DNA from: Alkalilimnicola ehrlichii MLHE-1
GTDB lineage: Bacteria; Pseudomonadota; Gammaproteobacteria; Nitrococcales; Halorhodospiraceae
Reading direction: 5' to 3'
Assembly (NCBI RefSeq): GCF_000014785.1
Contig: NC_008340.1
Span: 1,440,001 to 1,472,000 of the forward strand
DNA: 32,000 bases
The position numbers and the translations under genes are program-made. The notes under the pieces are model-generated. The model had not been told where the DNA came from. It was given only the letters and a program-made list of their open reading frames with translations, and did no database searches. This document shows, in pieces, positions 11,070 through 21,193 of this stretch (positions are counted from its first letter, which is position 1; each line of letters starts with the position of its first letter).

Positions 11070-11912
11070 ATGTTCAAACGGATCAAAGAGGACATCCGCT
11101 GCGTCATGGATCGCGACCCGGCGGCCCGTAACGCATTCGAGGTGCTCACCACCTACCCGGGGCTGCACGCCCTGCTGTTCCACCGCTGTAACCACTGGCT
11201 GTGGCGCAAGCGGTTGCGCTGGCTGGCCCGGTTTTTCTCCACCATCGCCCGCTGGCTCACCGGCATCGAAATCCACCCGGGTGCGCGGATCGGGCGCCGT
11301 TTCTTTATCGATCACGGCATGGGGGTGGTGATCGGCGAGACCGCGGAGATCGGTGATGATGTGACCCTCTACCACGGCGTGACCCTGGGGGGCACCAGCT
11401 GGGAGCAGGGCAAGCGCCACCCGACCTTGGGCGATGACGTGGTGGTGGGTGCCGGTGCCAAGATTTTGGGACCGCTCCAGGTGGGCAGCGGGGCGCGTGT
11501 GGGCTCCAATGCGGTGGTGCTGCGCGATGTGCCCGAGGGTGCCACCATGGTCGGCATCCCGGCGCGCATGGCCGGGGTGCGTCCGCGCACGGACAGCGCC
11601 GATGACCGACGGCGGGCGGCGGTTGCCCGCAAGATCGGCTTCGATGCCTATGGCACCACCGATATGCCGGACCCGGTCGCCAACGCGGTCAACGCGATCC
11701 TGGACCATATCCACGTTACCGACGCGCGCCTGGAGCAGATGTGCCGGGCCATCCGCGGCATGGGCGGGGACGTGGAGGACACCCGCATTCCCGACGTCGA
11801 GGTGGACGAGCTCGATTGCGGGGAGCCTGCCCCGGAGGCGGGCGAGCAGGGTGTCGACGTCACTGCCGGCTCGGGCCAGGTGCGCGGGCGCCAGGACCGT
11901 ACCGGTAGCTGA
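11070..11912 (+). CDS. cysE: Serine O-acetyltransferase
   Basis: [42 protein letters not shown] and hexapeptide repeats. Confidence 0.95.
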   Translation: MFKRIKEDIRCVMDRDPAARNAFEVLTTYPGLHALLFHRCNHWLWRKRLRWLARFFSTIARWLTGIEIHPGARIGRRFFIDHGMGVVIGETAEIGDDVTLYHGVTLGGTSWEQGKRHPTLGDDVVVGAGAKILGPLQVGSGARVGSNAVVLRDVPEGATMVGIPARMAGVRPRTDSADDRRRAAVARKIGFDAYGTTDMPDPVANAVNAILDHIHVTDARLEQMCRAIRGMGGDVEDTRIPDVEVDELDCGEPAPEAGEQGVDVTAGSGQVRGRQDRTGS

Positions 11913-11977
11913 TCGCGGCTCGCAGGGAACTCGAAGCCCCGCCGACGAATCAGTATCATAGGGTCACGCATTCCCGG

Positions 11978-12003
11978 CCCCGGGCGGCCAGACGCCCCCG
12001 GGG
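11978..12003 (+). other. Hairpin-forming sequence immediately upstream of iscA
   Basis: cccc gggcg gccaga cgccc (cc) gggg: 5-bp stem extended by 4 bp across a 2-nt bulge. Confidence 0.4.
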
Positions 12004-12023
12004 CGAGCCAATGGAGGCAAGGC

Positions 12024-12350
12024 ATGGCAAATATCCAACTCACCGACAAGGCAGTGCGCCACGTCAAGGACTATCTCGCCCGCCATGAGGGCGGTGTCGG
12101 CCTGCGCCTGGGGGTCAAGACCACCGGTTGCTCCGGTCTTGCCTACACCGTGGATTATGCCGACCGGATCGAGGCCTCCGACGAGGTGATCGAGCAGGAC
12201 GGCGTCAAGGTGCTGGTCAACCGCAAGAGCCTGCCCTTCCTGGAGGGGACGGAGGTGGATTTCGTTCGCGATGGGCTCAACCAGCGGTTTGATTTCCGTA
12301 ATCCCAACGTCAAGGAGACCTGCGGCTGCGGTGAGAGCTTCACGGTCTGA
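12024..12350 (+). CDS. iscA: IscA-type Fe-S cluster assembly protein (HesB/IscA family)
   Basis: Conserved cysteines KTTGCSGLAYTVDYAD and C-terminal TCGCGESF; 108 aa; RBS-like ggaggc upstream. Confidence 0.9.
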   Translation: MANIQLTDKAVRHVKDYLARHEGGVGLRLGVKTTGCSGLAYTVDYADRIEASDEVIEQDGVKVLVNRKSLPFLEGTEVDFVRDGLNQRFDFRNPNVKETCGCGESFTV

Positions 12351-12369
12351 GGCCGGCCGTACAGTCAAA

Positions 12370-12398
12370 TTGCCCGCCACCGGGCCAGCAGGTACACT
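12370..12398 (+). promoter_or_regulatory. Candidate sigma70-like promoter upstream of ndk
   Basis: TTGCCC (12370-12375), 17-nt spacer, TACACT (12393-12398); by-eye match only. Confidence 0.35.
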
Positions 12399-12439
12399 TG
12401 CGCCAGTCGCGCGGGGGGCCGCGCCGACCCGGGCGTAGC

Positions 12440-12466
12440 GGCAGCCACCAGCCAGTGGTGGCGGCC
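12440..12466 (+). other. Hairpin-forming inverted repeat in the iscA-ndk intergenic region
   Basis: gccacca gccag tggtggc: perfect 7-bp stem, 5-nt loop, extended 3 bp past one mismatch. No T-tract. Confidence 0.5.
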
Positions 12467-12521
12467 CGCCCGTGAACCCGTCTCAACCCCCAACACCACA
12501 CACGACACTAGGGAGTCCTGC

Positions 12522-12947
12522 ATGGCAGTGGAAAGAACCCTCTCCATCATCAAGCCCGACGCCGTCGCCAAGAACATCATCGGCGAGATTTACAACCGTT
12601 TCGAGAAGGCCGGACTGAAGATCGTGGCGGCCCGTATGGTGCACCTGAGCCGTGAGCAGGCAGAGGGCTTCTATGCCGTGCATAAGGAGCGCCCCTTCTT
12701 TAATGACCTAGTGGGCTTCATGATCTCCGGCCCGGTGATGGTGCAGGTCCTGGAGGGCGAGAACGCCATCGTCAAGAACCGCGAGATCATGGGCGCCACC
12801 AACCCGGCCGAAGCCGCTGCCGGCACCCTGCGCCACGATTATGCCGAAACCATCGATGCCAACGCCGTCCACGGCTCCGACGCCCCGGAAACGGCCAAAC
12901 AGGAAATCGAGTTCTTCTTCAAGGCCGATGAGCTCTGCAGTCGCTGA
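12522..12947 (+). CDS. ndk: Nucleoside diphosphate kinase
   Basis: [20 protein letters not shown]; [28 protein letters not shown] active-site region. Confidence 0.98.
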   Translation: MAVERTLSIIKPDAVAKNIIGEIYNRFEKAGLKIVAARMVHLSREQAEGFYAVHKERPFFNDLVGFMISGPVMVQVLEGENAIVKNREIMGATNPAEAAAGTLRHDYAETIDANAVHGSDAPETAKQEIEFFFKADELCSR

Positions 12948-12981
12948 GACGTCCACATCGGCGGGCCGCGCGGATGGGCCC

Positions 12982-14064
12982 GTGAACCTGCTGGATCTTG
13001 ACCGGCAGGCCTTGAAAAGGCTTTTCGCCGACCTGGGCGAAAAGCCTTTTCGCGCTACCCAGGTGCTCAAGTGGGTGCACCAGCGGCGGGTGACCGGCTT
13101 CGAGGAGATGACCGACATCTCCAAGGCCCTGCGCGCCCGGTTGGCGGAACGGGTCGCGCTGCGGCTGCCGGAAGTGCTCGCCGAGCAGGTCTCCGAGGAC
13201 GGCACCCGCAAGTGGCTGCTGCGGGTCGACGGCGGGCAGGCCATCGAGACGGTCTTTATTCCCGACAGTGGCCGCGGGACGCTCTGCGTCTCTTCCCAGG
13301 TGGGCTGCGCCCTGGACTGCAGCTTCTGCTCCACCGCTCAGCAGGGTTTTAACCGCAACCTGAGCACGGCAGAGATCATCGGCCAGTATTACGTGGCCTA
13401 CGATCAACTGACCGGCACCGGTGAGCAGATCACCAACGTGGTGTTCATGGGCATGGGCGAGCCCCTGCTCAACCTGGAGGCGGTCATCCCGGCCGTGCGC
13501 CTGATGACCGACGACGACGCCTATGGGCTGTCCAAGCGCAAGGTGACCATCAGCACTTCCGGGGTGGTCACCATGCTGGAGCGCATGCGCGAGCAGACGG
13601 ACGTCAGTCTGGCGGTCTCGCTCCATGCCCCCAACAATGCCCTACGCGACGAGTTGGTGCCCATCAACCGAAAACACCCGTTGGAGCGCCTGATCCCCGC
13701 CTGCGCGGCCTATATCGCGGACAAGCCCCACCGGCGCATCACCTGGGAATACGTGATGCTGGACGGGGTGAATGATCAGGACCACCACGCCCACGAGCTG
13801 GCCCGGCTGTTGGGCGATATTCCCAGCAAGGTCAATCTGATCCCCTTCAACCCCTTTCCCGGGGCCCGGTACCGCTGCAGTCCGCGCGGACGGATCCTGC
13901 GTTTCGTCCGCATCCTGCAAAGCCACGGCCTGACCGCCACCACCCGGGTGACGCGGGGCCAGGACATCGACGGGGCGTGCGGGCAGCTGGTGGGTAAGGT
14001 GCAGGACCGGACCCGCCGCCAGCAGCGGCTGGTGCAGCGTGAACTGCGTCGGGAGGGGCGATGA
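12982..14064 (+). CDS. rlmN: 23S rRNA (adenine2503-C2)/tRNA methyltransferase RlmN, radical SAM
   Basis: Radical SAM CSFCSTAQQGFNRNL; FMGMGEPLLN; C-terminal RGQDIDGACGQL. Start estimated as GTG at 12982 (VNLLDLDRQALKRLFADLGEKPF); the track start at 12841 overlaps ndk. Confidence 0.94.
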   Translation: MNLLDLDRQALKRLFADLGEKPFRATQVLKWVHQRRVTGFEEMTDISKALRARLAERVALRLPEVLAEQVSEDGTRKWLLRVDGGQAIETVFIPDSGRGTLCVSSQVGCALDCSFCSTAQQGFNRNLSTAEIIGQYYVAYDQLTGTGEQITNVVFMGMGEPLLNLEAVIPAVRLMTDDDAYGLSKRKVTISTSGVVTMLERMREQTDVSLAVSLHAPNNALRDELVPINRKHPLERLIPACAAYIADKPHRRITWEYVMLDGVNDQDHHAHELARLLGDIPSKVNLIPFNPFPGARYRCSPRGRILRFVRILQSHGLTATTRVTRGQDIDGACGQLVGKVQDRTRRQQRLVQRELRREGR

Positions 14065-14819
14065 GCATCCCGCCGTCGTTCCGGCCGGCGTTGATCCTGT
14101 TTTTGGCCGTCGGTGTCGTGGGCTGCGGCACCATGGGCCAATCGGGGTCCGGCGACAGGGACCGGGCGGTGGAGGTCAACACCCAATTGGGTCTGGGGTA
14201 CCTGCAGGAGGGCGAGTACGAGGAGGCCAACCGGCGCCTGGAGCGAGCCCTGGATATTGATCGTCGCTACGCCCCCGCCCATGCCGCCATGGCGCTCCTG
14301 CAGGAACAGCTCGGTCAACCGGAGGAAGCCGGCCGGCATTACCGGCGGGCGGTCCGGTTGGACGGGGAAAATGCCAGCACCCGCAACAACTACGGGCGCT
14401 TTCTTTGTGAACAGGGTGACCTGGACCGGGCCCTGGATCAGTTCGAGGCGGCACTGGACAACCCGCTTTATCGCAACCCCCACATCCCCCTCGCCAATGC
14501 GGGTGTCTGTTTGATGCGGGAGGGGCAGCACGAGCGGGCCGAGGACTATTTCCTGCGCAGCCTGCGGGAGAATGCCCGCTTTGCCCCCGCGCTGCTGCGC
14601 ATGGCGCAGTTGCGTTTCCAGGCCGGGGACCACGAAGGGGCGGAGGAATACCTGAATCGATACCGTGCTGAGGCACAGCACACGCCGGCGAGCCTGTGGT
14701 TGGGGGTCCAGCTGGCCCGTGCCGTTGGCGATGCCGATGCCGAGGCCAGTTACGGGCTGAGTCTGCGCAACCGGTTTCCGGATTCCCGCGAGGCTCGCCT
14801 ATACCGTGAGAGTCGTTGA
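14061..14819 (+). CDS. pilF: Type IV pilus biogenesis/stability lipoprotein PilF (PilW), TPR protein
   Basis: Lipobox-like signal LFLAVGVVGCGTM; TPR repeats LGYLQEGEYEEANRRLERALDIDRRYAPAHAAMALLQEQLG; neighbours rlmN and rodZ. Confidence 0.88.
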   Translation: MSIPPSFRPALILFLAVGVVGCGTMGQSGSGDRDRAVEVNTQLGLGYLQEGEYEEANRRLERALDIDRRYAPAHAAMALLQEQLGQPEEAGRHYRRAVRLDGENASTRNNYGRFLCEQGDLDRALDQFEAALDNPLYRNPHIPLANAGVCLMREGQHERAEDYFLRSLRENARFAPALLRMAQLRFQAGDHEGAEEYLNRYRAEAQHTPASLWLGVQLARAVGDADAEASYGLSLRNRFPDSREARLYRESR

Positions 14820-14822
14820 TAG

Positions 14823-15800
14823 ATGAGTTCAGACCACGACAGTCCGCTGTCCCCCGACCACGAGCGCGACCCCGGTCGCGGCGGCGAGACCCCGGGGCAG
14901 CTGCTCGCCAGGGCACGGGAGGCGCGAGGCCTGAGCCGGAAGGCCGCGGCCGATGCGCTGAACCTGCCCTTACGGACCCTTGAGGCGCTCGAGGGGGACG
15001 ACTATGACAACCTGCCGCCGCTCACCTTTGTCAAAGGCTATCTCAGGGCCTATGCCCAGCTCCTGGAGATTGACTCGGACCGGCTGCGGGAGGCGCTGGC
15101 CCGGCTCGACCTGGAGCGGCCGGCCAGCGGCGCTCAGCAGCAGCCGGGCCAGGGCTCGACGTCAGTGACCGGTGGCGATACCTCTCGGGGGGGGCTCCAA
15201 GGCCGCCGGCTCCGGGGCTGGCTGCTGGGTGTGAGTAGCGTGGTCGTGGCCGCGGTCATTGCCGTGCTCGCCTGGCTCTGGCTGGTCGAGAATGGGGTGT
15301 CCGGGGATAGCGAAGCACCACCGGTGGCGGAGGAGGGCACGGCGCCGTCCGAGGAGGCCCCGGCGGAGGCGGTGGTCGCCGACGAGCTGGCCGAGCGGAC
15401 ACTGCCTGAGGCGGTGGATGAGGTGGTCCCCGAGGCGTCGGTGCCGGACGACACCGGGGCTGACGTCAGTGTCCCTGAGACGCTGGAACCCCCGGTGGTG
15501 CCCGAGGTCGAGGCGGAGCCGGAACCCGCTGTGGCGGAGCCCGAGCCCGAGCCCGCGCCGGAGCCGGCCGGTCTGGTCCTGCATATTTCCGGGACCACCT
15601 GGCTGGAGGTCCGCGACGAGGACGGTGAGCGTCTGATGGTAGGCAACTACCAGGGCGAGGAGACCCACCAACTGCAGGGCGAGGGGCCCTTCGCCCTGGT
15701 CATCGGTAATGCGGACGCCGTTCGGGTGGAGTTCCAGGGTGACGCCGTCGATCTGGCGCCCCACACCCGTGGCAATGTGGCGCGGCTGACCATCCCTTAG
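14823..15800 (+). CDS. rodZ: RodZ-like cytoskeletal protein (N-terminal HTH, TM segment, P/E-rich linker, DUF4115-like C-terminus)
   Basis: PGQLLARAREARGLSRKAAADALNLPLRTLEALEGDDYDNLPPLTFVKGYLRAYAQLL; TM segment; C-terminal SGTTWLEVRDEDGERL...IGNADAVRVEFQG. Confidence 0.88.
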   Translation: MSSDHDSPLSPDHERDPGRGGETPGQLLARAREARGLSRKAAADALNLPLRTLEALEGDDYDNLPPLTFVKGYLRAYAQLLEIDSDRLREALARLDLERPASGAQQQPGQGSTSVTGGDTSRGGLQGRRLRGWLLGVSSVVVAAVIAVLAWLWLVENGVSGDSEAPPVAEEGTAPSEEAPAEAVVADELAERTLPEAVDEVVPEASVPDDTGADVSVPETLEPPVVPEVEAEPEPAVAEPEPEPAPEPAGLVLHISGTTWLEVRDEDGERLMVGNYQGEETHQLQGEGPFALVIGNADAVRVEFQGDAVDLAPHTRGNVARLTIP

Positions 15801-15807
15801 ACCACGC

Positions 15808-15861
15808 GGGGCCGGCCGGGTGGGCCGCACCAGGCGGCGCGCCGCCGGCCCCTGTTTTTTT
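15808..15861 (+). terminator. Rho-independent terminator-like element between rodZ and hisS
   Basis: ggggccggc (15808-15816) is the exact reverse complement of gccggcccc (15844-15852); followed by TG and a 7-T tract (15855-15861). Confidence 0.65.
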
Positions 15862-15876
15862 CTCAGGAGGACTTGA

Positions 15877-17166
15877 GTGGCGAAAGGCATTCGAAGCATC
15901 CGCGGGTTCAGTGACATCCTGCCGGAGCAGACCCCCCTGTGGCAGTTCGTCGAGAGCAATATCCAGGCCACCCTGGAGGCCTACGGCTACCGCGAGATCC
16001 GGCTGCCCATCGTGGAGAAGACCGAGCTTTTCAGCCGCTCCATCGGCGAGGTCACCGACATCGTCGAAAAGGAGATGTACACCTTCGAGGACCGTAATGG
16101 CGACAGCCTGACCCTGCGCCCGGAGGGGACGGCGGGCTGCGTCCGCTGTGGTATTCAGAATGGGCTGTTCCACGGCGGACAGCCGCGCGTCTGGTATGCC
16201 GGGCCGATGTTTCGCCACGAACGGCCGCAGAAAGGGCGCTACCGTCAGTTTCACCAGATCGGCGCAGAGGTCTACGGTGAGTCCGGCCCGGGCGTCGACG
16301 CCGAGATGATTCTCATGACCGCGCGCCTGCTAAGGTGCCTCGGGCTGGAGGATGTGCGCCTGGAGCTCAATACCCTGGGCACCGGCGAGGCACGCGCTGC
16401 CCATCGGGCGGCGCTGGTCGAATACCTGCAGGCCCACGAGGATCGGCTCGACGACGACGCCCGGCGTCGCCTGCACAGTAACCCGCTGCGCATCCTCGAC
16501 ACCAAGAACCCGGACATGCAGGCGCTGGTGGAGCAGGCCCCGCGCCTAATGGATTACCTGGACGAGGACTCGCGATCCCATTTCCAGGCCGTCTGTCGTG
16601 TGCTGGACCAGGCTGGGGTCGCCTACCGGGTGAATCCGCGCCTGGTCCGGGGGCTGGATTACTACAGCCGGACGGTGTTCGAATGGATTACCGACCGGTT
16701 GGGTGCCCAGGGGACGGTGCTGGCCGGTGGTCGGTATGACACCCTGGTCGAGCAGATCGGTGGCAAGCCCACCCCGGCCATCGGGTTCGCCTTGGGCCTC
16801 GAGCGCCTGGTCTCCCTGCTGGAGGAGTCCGGTATCAGCGGGCCGCAGAGCGGGCCCCACGCCTTCGTGGTCAGCGCCGACAGTCTGCGGGCCCTGCCGC
16901 TGGTGGAGGGGTTGCGGGACCGGCTGCCCGGACTGCGTCTGCAGATGCAAACCGAGGGGGGCAGTTTTCGCAGCCAGTTCAAGCGTGCCGATCGCAGCGG
17001 CGCGGCCCTTGCCCTGGTGTTGGGGGAGGAGGAACTGGCCGAGGGGCGCTTCGGCGTGAAAGACTTACGGGGTGATGCGGAGCAACAGCGGCTCGACCCC
17101 GAGGCACTCAGTGACTACCTGGCACGGCGTTGGCCGGAGCTGGCGGCAACAGAGGTGACGGACTGA
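15877..17166 (+). CDS. hisS: Histidyl-tRNA synthetase
   Basis: GTG start; [18 protein letters not shown]; [11 protein letters not shown]; [13 protein letters not shown]; [14 protein letters not shown]. Confidence 0.97.
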   Translation: MAKGIRSIRGFSDILPEQTPLWQFVESNIQATLEAYGYREIRLPIVEKTELFSRSIGEVTDIVEKEMYTFEDRNGDSLTLRPEGTAGCVRCGIQNGLFHGGQPRVWYAGPMFRHERPQKGRYRQFHQIGAEVYGESGPGVDAEMILMTARLLRCLGLEDVRLELNTLGTGEARAAHRAALVEYLQAHEDRLDDDARRRLHSNPLRILDTKNPDMQALVEQAPRLMDYLDEDSRSHFQAVCRVLDQAGVAYRVNPRLVRGLDYYSRTVFEWITDRLGAQGTVLAGGRYDTLVEQIGGKPTPAIGFALGLERLVSLLEESGISGPQSGPHAFVVSADSLRALPLVEGLRDRLPGLRLQMQTEGGSFRSQFKRADRSGAALALVLGEEELAEGRFGVKDLRGDAEQQRLDPEALSDYLARRWPELAATEVTD

Positions 17167-17168
17167 CC

Positions 17169-17798
17169 ATGGCATCGCATCCCAGTGATGAGGAACAGTT
17201 AGAGGCCATCAAGCGCTGGTGGCAGGAGAACGGGCGCTCGATCATCATCGGGCTGATCCTCGGCGCCGGTGCCGTGGGCGGCTGGTGGACCTGGGGCGCC
17301 TGGCAGGAGCGCACCGCCGTGGAGGCCGCCAACGCCTATGCGGACTTCATGGCCCCGCTCAACCAGGGCGAATACGAAACGGCTATTCGCCACGGGGAGC
17401 GGGTGCTGGACAATCACCGCCGCAGCCTCTATGCCACCATGACCGCCCTGCAGATGGGCGCCCTGCACATGGAGCAGGGGGAGCCGGACCGCGCCGCGGA
17501 GCGCTTGCGCTGGGCGGTGGAGCATGCCGACAGTGCGGCCCTGCGTGATCTGGCGCGGCTGCGACTGGCCCGGGCCCTGGCCGCGGACGGGCGGCAGCAG
17601 GAGGCCTTGGAGCAACTGGACGATGGCGGCGCCTACGCGGGACAGATGGCCGAACTGCGGGCCGACCTCCTGCTGGAGCTGGGTCGCGAGGAGGAGGCCC
17701 GTTCGGCCTACCGCGCCGCGCTTAACCAGAACGACATCACCCCCACCCAGCGGGAACTTATTCAGATTAAGCTGGACGATTTGGGCGGTGGCGCTTAA
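17169..17798 (+). CDS. YfgM-family TPR membrane protein
   Basis: MASHPSDEEQLEAIKRWWQENGRSIIIGLILGAGAVGGWWTWGAWQ; located between hisS and bamB as in other gammaproteobacteria. Confidence 0.85.
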   Translation: MASHPSDEEQLEAIKRWWQENGRSIIIGLILGAGAVGGWWTWGAWQERTAVEAANAYADFMAPLNQGEYETAIRHGERVLDNHRRSLYATMTALQMGALHMEQGEPDRAAERLRWAVEHADSAALRDLARLRLARALAADGRQQEALEQLDDGGAYAGQMAELRADLLLELGREEEARSAYRAALNQNDITPTQRELIQIKLDDLGGGA

Positions 17799-17850
17799 GG
17801 GCGGCGTCGCCCGGTCGCCCGCCCGATGCCGGTCAAGTGGAATCGAGCCG

Positions 17851-19002
17851 ATGATGCTGTTGAAACGATGCAACCGCCGCGCCCTTGTGGCACTGGCTGC
17901 CGTGCTGCTCCTTGCCGCCTGCGGTGGGGCGCGGGAACTGCCCGACCTCTCCGACGTGGGCGACGGGGTGGCGACGGAGACCCTTTGGACCGCCTCCACC
18001 GGGTCGGGCAGCGCGTCTTCCGCCTACGCCCTGGTGCCGGCGGTTGAAGGGGGGCGGGTCTATGCCGCTGACAGCAACGGCCGGGTCACCGCCTGGGACG
18101 CGGAAAGCGGGGAACGGCTTTGGCGGGTGGATACCGGGCGCGAACTCGCCGCAGGGCCTGGTGCCGGGGGCGGGTTGGTTCTGGTCGGGGCGCGCGACGG
18201 GCGCCTGCTGGCCCTGGATGCCGAGAATGGCGAGGAGCGGTGGGTCTCCGGCCTGAGCAGCGAGATCCTCGCGGTACCGCAGATCGCCCGCAACATCGTC
18301 GTCGCCCGCAGCGGTGACGGCCGTGTTTATGGCCTGGATGGACTGACGGGACGGCGGCTCTGGATCCACGATCGCAGCGTTCCGGTGCTGACCCTGCGGG
18401 GCAGCAGCAGCCCGGTGGTGGTCGGTAACCGGGTGGTGGTCGGACAGGACAACGGCCGTCTGGTCACACTCAACCTCCAGGATGGTGAGGTGATCTGGGA
18501 GGCGCCCGTCTCTATACCGCGGGGTCGCTCCGACCTGGAACGCATGGTGGACCTGCACGCCGACCCCCTGGTCTTCCGTGGGGTGGCCTATGCCCAGGCC
18601 TATCAGGGTGAGCTGGCCGCCGTGGGCATGGGGGACGGGCGGGAGCGCTGGTCCCGTGATATCCCCGGCCATACCGGCATGGCCGCAGACAGTCGCCAGC
18701 TCTACGTGGTGGACGACCAGTCCCGGCTGTGGGCCCTGGACCGTAACAATGGCGCCACGGTCTGGCGCCAGGATCGGCTGCAGGGGCTGCGCCTGACCGC
18801 CCCGGTGGTGATCGGCGGCCACCTGGTGCTGGCGGACGAGGAGGGTTATCTGAACTGGATCGCCCCGGACAATGGTGATCTGGTGGGGCGGGATCGCCAC
18901 GGCCGGCAGCCGATCCAACGGCCGCCGGTTCCCGATGGCGATGTCCTGTACCTGCTGTCGGCCGACGGCCGGCTGGCGGCGCTGAGGCTGGTGGAGGACT
19001 GA
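17851..19002 (+). CDS. bamB: Outer membrane protein assembly factor BamB
   Basis: Lipobox LAAVLLLAACGG; PQQ-type beta-propeller repeats (WRVDTGRELAAGPGAGGGLVLVGARDGRLLALDAENGEERW). Confidence 0.92.
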   Translation: MMLLKRCNRRALVALAAVLLLAACGGARELPDLSDVGDGVATETLWTASTGSGSASSAYALVPAVEGGRVYAADSNGRVTAWDAESGERLWRVDTGRELAAGPGAGGGLVLVGARDGRLLALDAENGEERWVSGLSSEILAVPQIARNIVVARSGDGRVYGLDGLTGRRLWIHDRSVPVLTLRGSSSPVVVGNRVVVGQDNGRLVTLNLQDGEVIWEAPVSIPRGRSDLERMVDLHADPLVFRGVAYAQAYQGELAAVGMGDGRERWSRDIPGHTGMAADSRQLYVVDDQSRLWALDRNNGATVWRQDRLQGLRLTAPVVIGGHLVLADEEGYLNWIAPDNGDLVGRDRHGRQPIQRPPVPDGDVLYLLSADGRLAALRLVED

Positions 19003-19004
19003 TC

Positions 19005-19781
19005 ATGTGCCTGCTGCTGGTGGCCTGGCAGCAGCACCCGCGGTGGCCTCTGGTGGTGGCCGCGAACCGCGATGAATTCCATTCCCGCCCCACCCGGGCG
19101 GCGCACTGGTGGCATGAGCCGCCCATCCTGGCGGGTCGTGATGAGCGGGCGGGGGGCACCTGGATGGGGGTCGCGGCGCAGGGGCACTGGGCGGCGCTCA
19201 CCAACTACCGCGAGCCCAGCCGGCCCCGTCGGGGCCTGCGCAGCCGGGGGCAGTTGGTGCTGGATGCCTTGCAGACGCCGCCGGCCTCGCTCCGGGTCGA
19301 TCTCGAGCCGGCCGCGTTGGAACACGACTACGACGGCTTCAATCTGCTGTTCGGTGACCGGGAGCGGCTCTATTACGTATCCAATCGCGATCAGCCCCTG
19401 CGACAGGTGCCGCCCGGCTACCACGGCTTGAGCAACGGTCTGCTCAACGATCCCTGGCCCAAGGTACGGCGCGGCCGCGAACGGCTGGCAGCCTGCCTGT
19501 CCGGGACCTGGGGGGAGCGTGCCGACACGCCGCCACTGGAACCGCTGTTCGACCTGCTCCACGATGACCGGTGCCCGCCGGATCACGAGCTGGTGGATAC
19601 CGGGGTGAGCCTGGCCTGGGAGCGACGATTGGCGCCCATGTTCATCCGCAGCCCCGAGTACGGCACCCGCTGCTCCACGTTGCTGTTGCTGGATGAAGGC
19701 GGCGAGATCCATTTTGCCGAACGCCGGTTCGATCCCGCAGGGCGGGTACTCGACACCCGCCGGTTTGCCTTTAGACCCTGA
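19005..19781 (+). CDS. NRDE family protein (TANGO2-like)
   Basis: MCLLLVAWQQHPRWPLVVAANRDEFHSRPTRAAHWW...GTWMGVAAQGHWAALTNYREP. Confidence 0.88.
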   Translation: MCLLLVAWQQHPRWPLVVAANRDEFHSRPTRAAHWWHEPPILAGRDERAGGTWMGVAAQGHWAALTNYREPSRPRRGLRSRGQLVLDALQTPPASLRVDLEPAALEHDYDGFNLLFGDRERLYYVSNRDQPLRQVPPGYHGLSNGLLNDPWPKVRRGRERLAACLSGTWGERADTPPLEPLFDLLHDDRCPPDHELVDTGVSLAWERRLAPMFIRSPEYGTRCSTLLLLDEGGEIHFAERRFDPAGRVLDTRRFAFRP

Positions 19782-19880
19782 GCATTTTGTGTTGTAGCCC
19801 GCCAGGGCCGATGATAGGCTCGGGCCGGATCCTGGCCCCGGCTCGCGTGCCGCAGCGTACCGCAGGCCGTTCTACAATAG

Positions 19881-20630
<750 letters not shown>

Positions 20631-20642
20631 GGCGCGTCCGGT

Positions 20643-20662
20643 CCGCCGCCCCTGTGCGGCGG
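20643..20662 (+). terminator. Terminator-like GC hairpin downstream of adk (no clear T-tract)
   Basis: ccgccgc ccctgt gcggcgg: 7-bp perfect stem, 6-nt loop, starting 13 nt after the adk stop codon. Confidence 0.4.
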
Positions 20663-20768
20663 CGGTCCGTCCGGAACCCCCGCCATCTTCGTTCCGGCCC
20701 GCTGGCCGGTCGGGGGGCGGGGGTTTCCGCGTTCTATACAGGCAACCATCTGCCCAGAGGTGAACCCG

Positions 20769-21071
20769 ATGACAACGGAGGAAAAACCGGATCCCCGCAC
20801 CTTATTGAACCGGGAGACCGCGCGCATTGGCTGGTCGGAGCTGGAGCGGCATTTCGCCAGCGGCGCCATGGTGACCGTCTCCCATGAACTGGATCTGGTG
20901 GAGGTAGGGGCCCGCTTTATCGAGGACGACAAAAAGGCGGTGGCGGCGTGGCTTGAGGGGGGCTATCTCCGCCGTACCGGCGAGGAGGAGGCGCAACGCT
21001 GGTCGGCGCAGGATGCGACCCTCTGGTGCGTGGTGGTGGCCCCCTGGGTGCTGGTGCAGGAGCCCCGCTGA
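20769..21071 (+). CDS. DUF2288-like small protein
   Basis: LNRETARIGWSELERHFASGAMVTVSHELDLVEVGARFIEDDKKAVAAWLEGG...LWCVVVAPWVLVQ; start taken as the second Met codon (MTTEEKPD); 20760 is the alternative. Confidence 0.75.
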   Translation: MTTEEKPDPRTLLNRETARIGWSELERHFASGAMVTVSHELDLVEVGARFIEDDKKAVAAWLEGGYLRRTGEEEAQRWSAQDATLWCVVVAPWVLVQEPR

Positions 21072-21193
21072 CCCCTTGACGGCAGGGGCCGGTGCCCCCA
21101 TGGTCTATTGATAGAGTTGATCATTACGGGCGGACCGTGGTGTCCGGCGGCCGGGCAGGCCGGCCCCCCGCGGCCCGCCAGGAGCAACACACC

